DNA of 63,745 nucleotides, counting the filler, from Licmophora abbreviata (Eukaryota): NCBI GenBank assembly GCA_900291995.1. It is 10 parts of 10 records of this genome, joined end to end, with 100 filler letters (N's around TTAATTAATTAA, not from the genome) between each part and the next. Parts side by side here need not be neighbours in the genome. Positions count along the whole stretch, not along the records: positions 61,440 to 63,745 come from OLMU01000195.1; 9 more parts are not named here. One strand, written 5' to 3'. Positions 61,440-63,745 of the stretch are shown here, piece after piece (within the stretch, counting starts at the first letter, position 1; each line of letters begins with the position of its first letter). The translations under genes and the position numbers were made by a program. Below the pieces are notes generated by a model, which was given only the letters and a program-made list of their open reading frames with translations, had not been told where the DNA came from and searched no databases.

Positions 61440-63406
61440 ATAATGTCGGATTCCCGCACCCAAATGAACTCGTGTGTCCCCATGAACTCAACGAGAAAGT
61501 AGCTCATCTGCTCCGTACCAGCCGTCTTTTGGCGGCGTAGTGCCTGGGCCGCTTTACGTTTACCAGCCTGAAGCTCCGTGCGAATTTTAGGCGGAAGGCG
61601 TTGCTCGTTCCGTTCTGTCAAGACTTCATGCCAGTCCTCTTTTTGGTCGTCAGGGGCAATAATTCCGAGCACTAGAGCTGGCCAATAAGGCTTTTTGCTG
61701 CTTTCGCGTGCCCATATTGCAGCCGCCATACATCCCCAGACACTTGACTGGTTCACTCCTCGACAACCGGACTCGTAGATGGGAACGATGATCTGCCCTA
61801 GAAGACGATTGATGCGGTGTCCGATTCGCACTCTCAGACTGAGCTTATTCTCGAACAAATCCTCCGCCGCGTAACATTGCCGAACATCATGCACAAAATC
61901 TTCGACGTTGTACTCCTGCTCTGAATGACCGATTTGATCCAGTCGCTTCTCCAATTGACGAAGATTGTCTGCAACAACAATCAAGTTGCCGCCTTCGTCT
62001 TCTGCAATATTTTCTCCGAGGATGCTTTGTGTATCGAGGTCATCAACCAGTCCTCCATTGCTGACAAAGCGCTCGATTGCCGCTACCGCTTTGGTCAGGC
62101 TGCGAGTGCTGACAAGCGTCGCACTAGTAGCTGAAAGGCGTTTCTTCCTATTCTCTTCGCGGTTCTCGTATGCAGCGTGCAGCGCGGCCAAGGAAGATCC
62201 CCGAGGCGTCTTGCCTTCCGGAGATGGCACGGGATCCGAAGCAATCATGTACTCTTCCCATAGCGCGTTGAAGTACTCGCGTAAATGTAACGCAATAGAC
62301 ACAAACGACGGCACCGCGTCTTTGTTGCTCGGATGAGTGTGATAGATTGCGCAGTTCATGAAGATTCGCCACATGTCCAGGCGAATTGCTCGCGTGTCCT
62401 TGTACTTGCGACGACGAATGTTGCGGCAGACATATCCCAAGTCGATCGGATGAGCGACAATCTTGGAATACATAGACATGAGCTGTGGGAGACGAATCGG
62501 TTTGAAATGGACCAGTCGTTAGCGATCAGACGAATGCGTTCAGAGATGTTCTGCTGTGTGCAACCCAAATTGGCATACCTCGGGGTGCAAAAGTGCAACA
62601 GGGCGACTGAATTCCGCCAAGAGGGGAACTCGACAAAACTTTTTCATCAGAGCATCGACATTGCGGTACTCAGCTTCGGTGATACTTGGTACTGGATCAT
62701 CCATCGACGGGCCACTTCCAGCGGGAGTACGCTTTCGGGGAGAGGCAGAGGGCTTCCTCTTCTTTTTCTTTTTTGGGGTTGGTTGAGTAGGTGGTGCGGA
62801 TTCAATGGCAGGTAGTTTCGAATCTTCCTTTTCCTCTTCCTCCCGAATCTTATTTGCCAATCCCATGGCCAAGGCCTCTGGCTTGCCCCGAGCACGCGGT
62901 ACAACCGGAGCTGGCTCGTCTACTTGCATCGCAGCGTTGTCTTCTTCGTCAGAGCCAGCTTCTTCCTCGCGCTGAAGATGGTGCGCTGCAATGTCATCGT
63001 GCTGACGACGTTGTTCCGCAATTTCTTCTTGCAGACGACGCTCGGCAATTTGGGCGATGCGGACTTCTTCCTGCTGGCGGACTAGCTGAAGCTGCTGCCT
63101 CGTGTATTCCATCCGCTGCAATTCTTGCTGCTGTTGCAAAACGTGACGCTGCTCCTGGAGCGACATCAAGGAATGGTGCATCGGCTCGATCGAGCGTTGT
63201 GCTGAGTACAAGGGAACACTAGTCTGACTGAACCCGTGGTAGGCATCGTATTGTCCATAATTGGGAGCGCCGGCCAAGTGGCCATGTCCGTGAGCCATGG
63301 CATACTGTGAAGTCTGCGTAGTCACTGCTGGATCGACCTTAGCTTCTTCATCCCCCCCTTCACCAGCTCCTTCCCGTTCCGGATCAGGCTGTCCGTTGTT
63401 CCACAT
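61440..63406 (-). CDS. Bromodomain + PWWP chromatin reader (3'-truncated at gap)
   Basis: EFSRPV...YSKIVAHPIDLG...DMWRIFMNC (bromodomain, intron 62483-62578); WARESSKKPYWPA...LVEFMGTHEFIWV (PWWP). Confidence 0.82.
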
Positions 63407-63745
63407 GGCACTACGTTTAGACTACCGTAGTCCTAGTTCCAAGTTGCTAGGGTGTGAGTCGGACAGTCTAGTCTCTCTTGCTGCTCAATGACGATCAAAG
63501 TTTCTTTTGCAGAGCAAATTTCGACCTTGTCCTGGGGAGTTTCTAGACGAGAACAGCCCTGCTCTCCTGACCGATACTGAACTGGAGACGCAGGAATTTC
63601 CTTTCCTCGCTGATACTGACCGCTTCGTCTTCACAGTGGGCTGTGTAGGGGGAGGGAGGCCTCTCGGCTCGCGGCGGGGGGCGGCGGTCGAGACCACACG
63701 ATCGTCGAAGCGTGCGGGGCTGGACTGATGTCGGACGGACGGCTC

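Overview
Gene-dense eukaryotic nuclear scaffold, almost certainly from a diatom. Evidence: short GT-AG introns (mostly 80-130 nt), bipartite plastid presequences, a diatom-type cyclin, ZEP2, LPA1 and CSP41. Nine identical 100-nt artificial gap linkers (N44-TTAATTAATTAA-N44) split it into ten pieces. At least two genes continue across a linker, so those joins look real. About 30 protein genes can be called, mostly housekeeping, plastid, RNA-modification and chromatin genes. I found no rRNA, tRNA or CRISPR array. Highlights: (1) an NRPS-like adenylation-thiolation-ankyrin gene directly next to a BesD/HalD-like Fe(II)/2OG oxygenase; (2) both U7-snRNP-specific Sm proteins (LSM11 intact, LSM10 broken), with an intron-containing H3.3-like gene nearby; (3) an mRNA cap methyltransferase with a SPOC-like N-terminal domain; (4) a probable plastid-targeted two-pore K+ channel; (5) an intronless bacterial-like F420/NADP oxidoreductase behind a probable LTR remnant; (6) a 2.9-kb piece carrying four decayed genes. 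Family calls come from motif recognition only. No searches were run.
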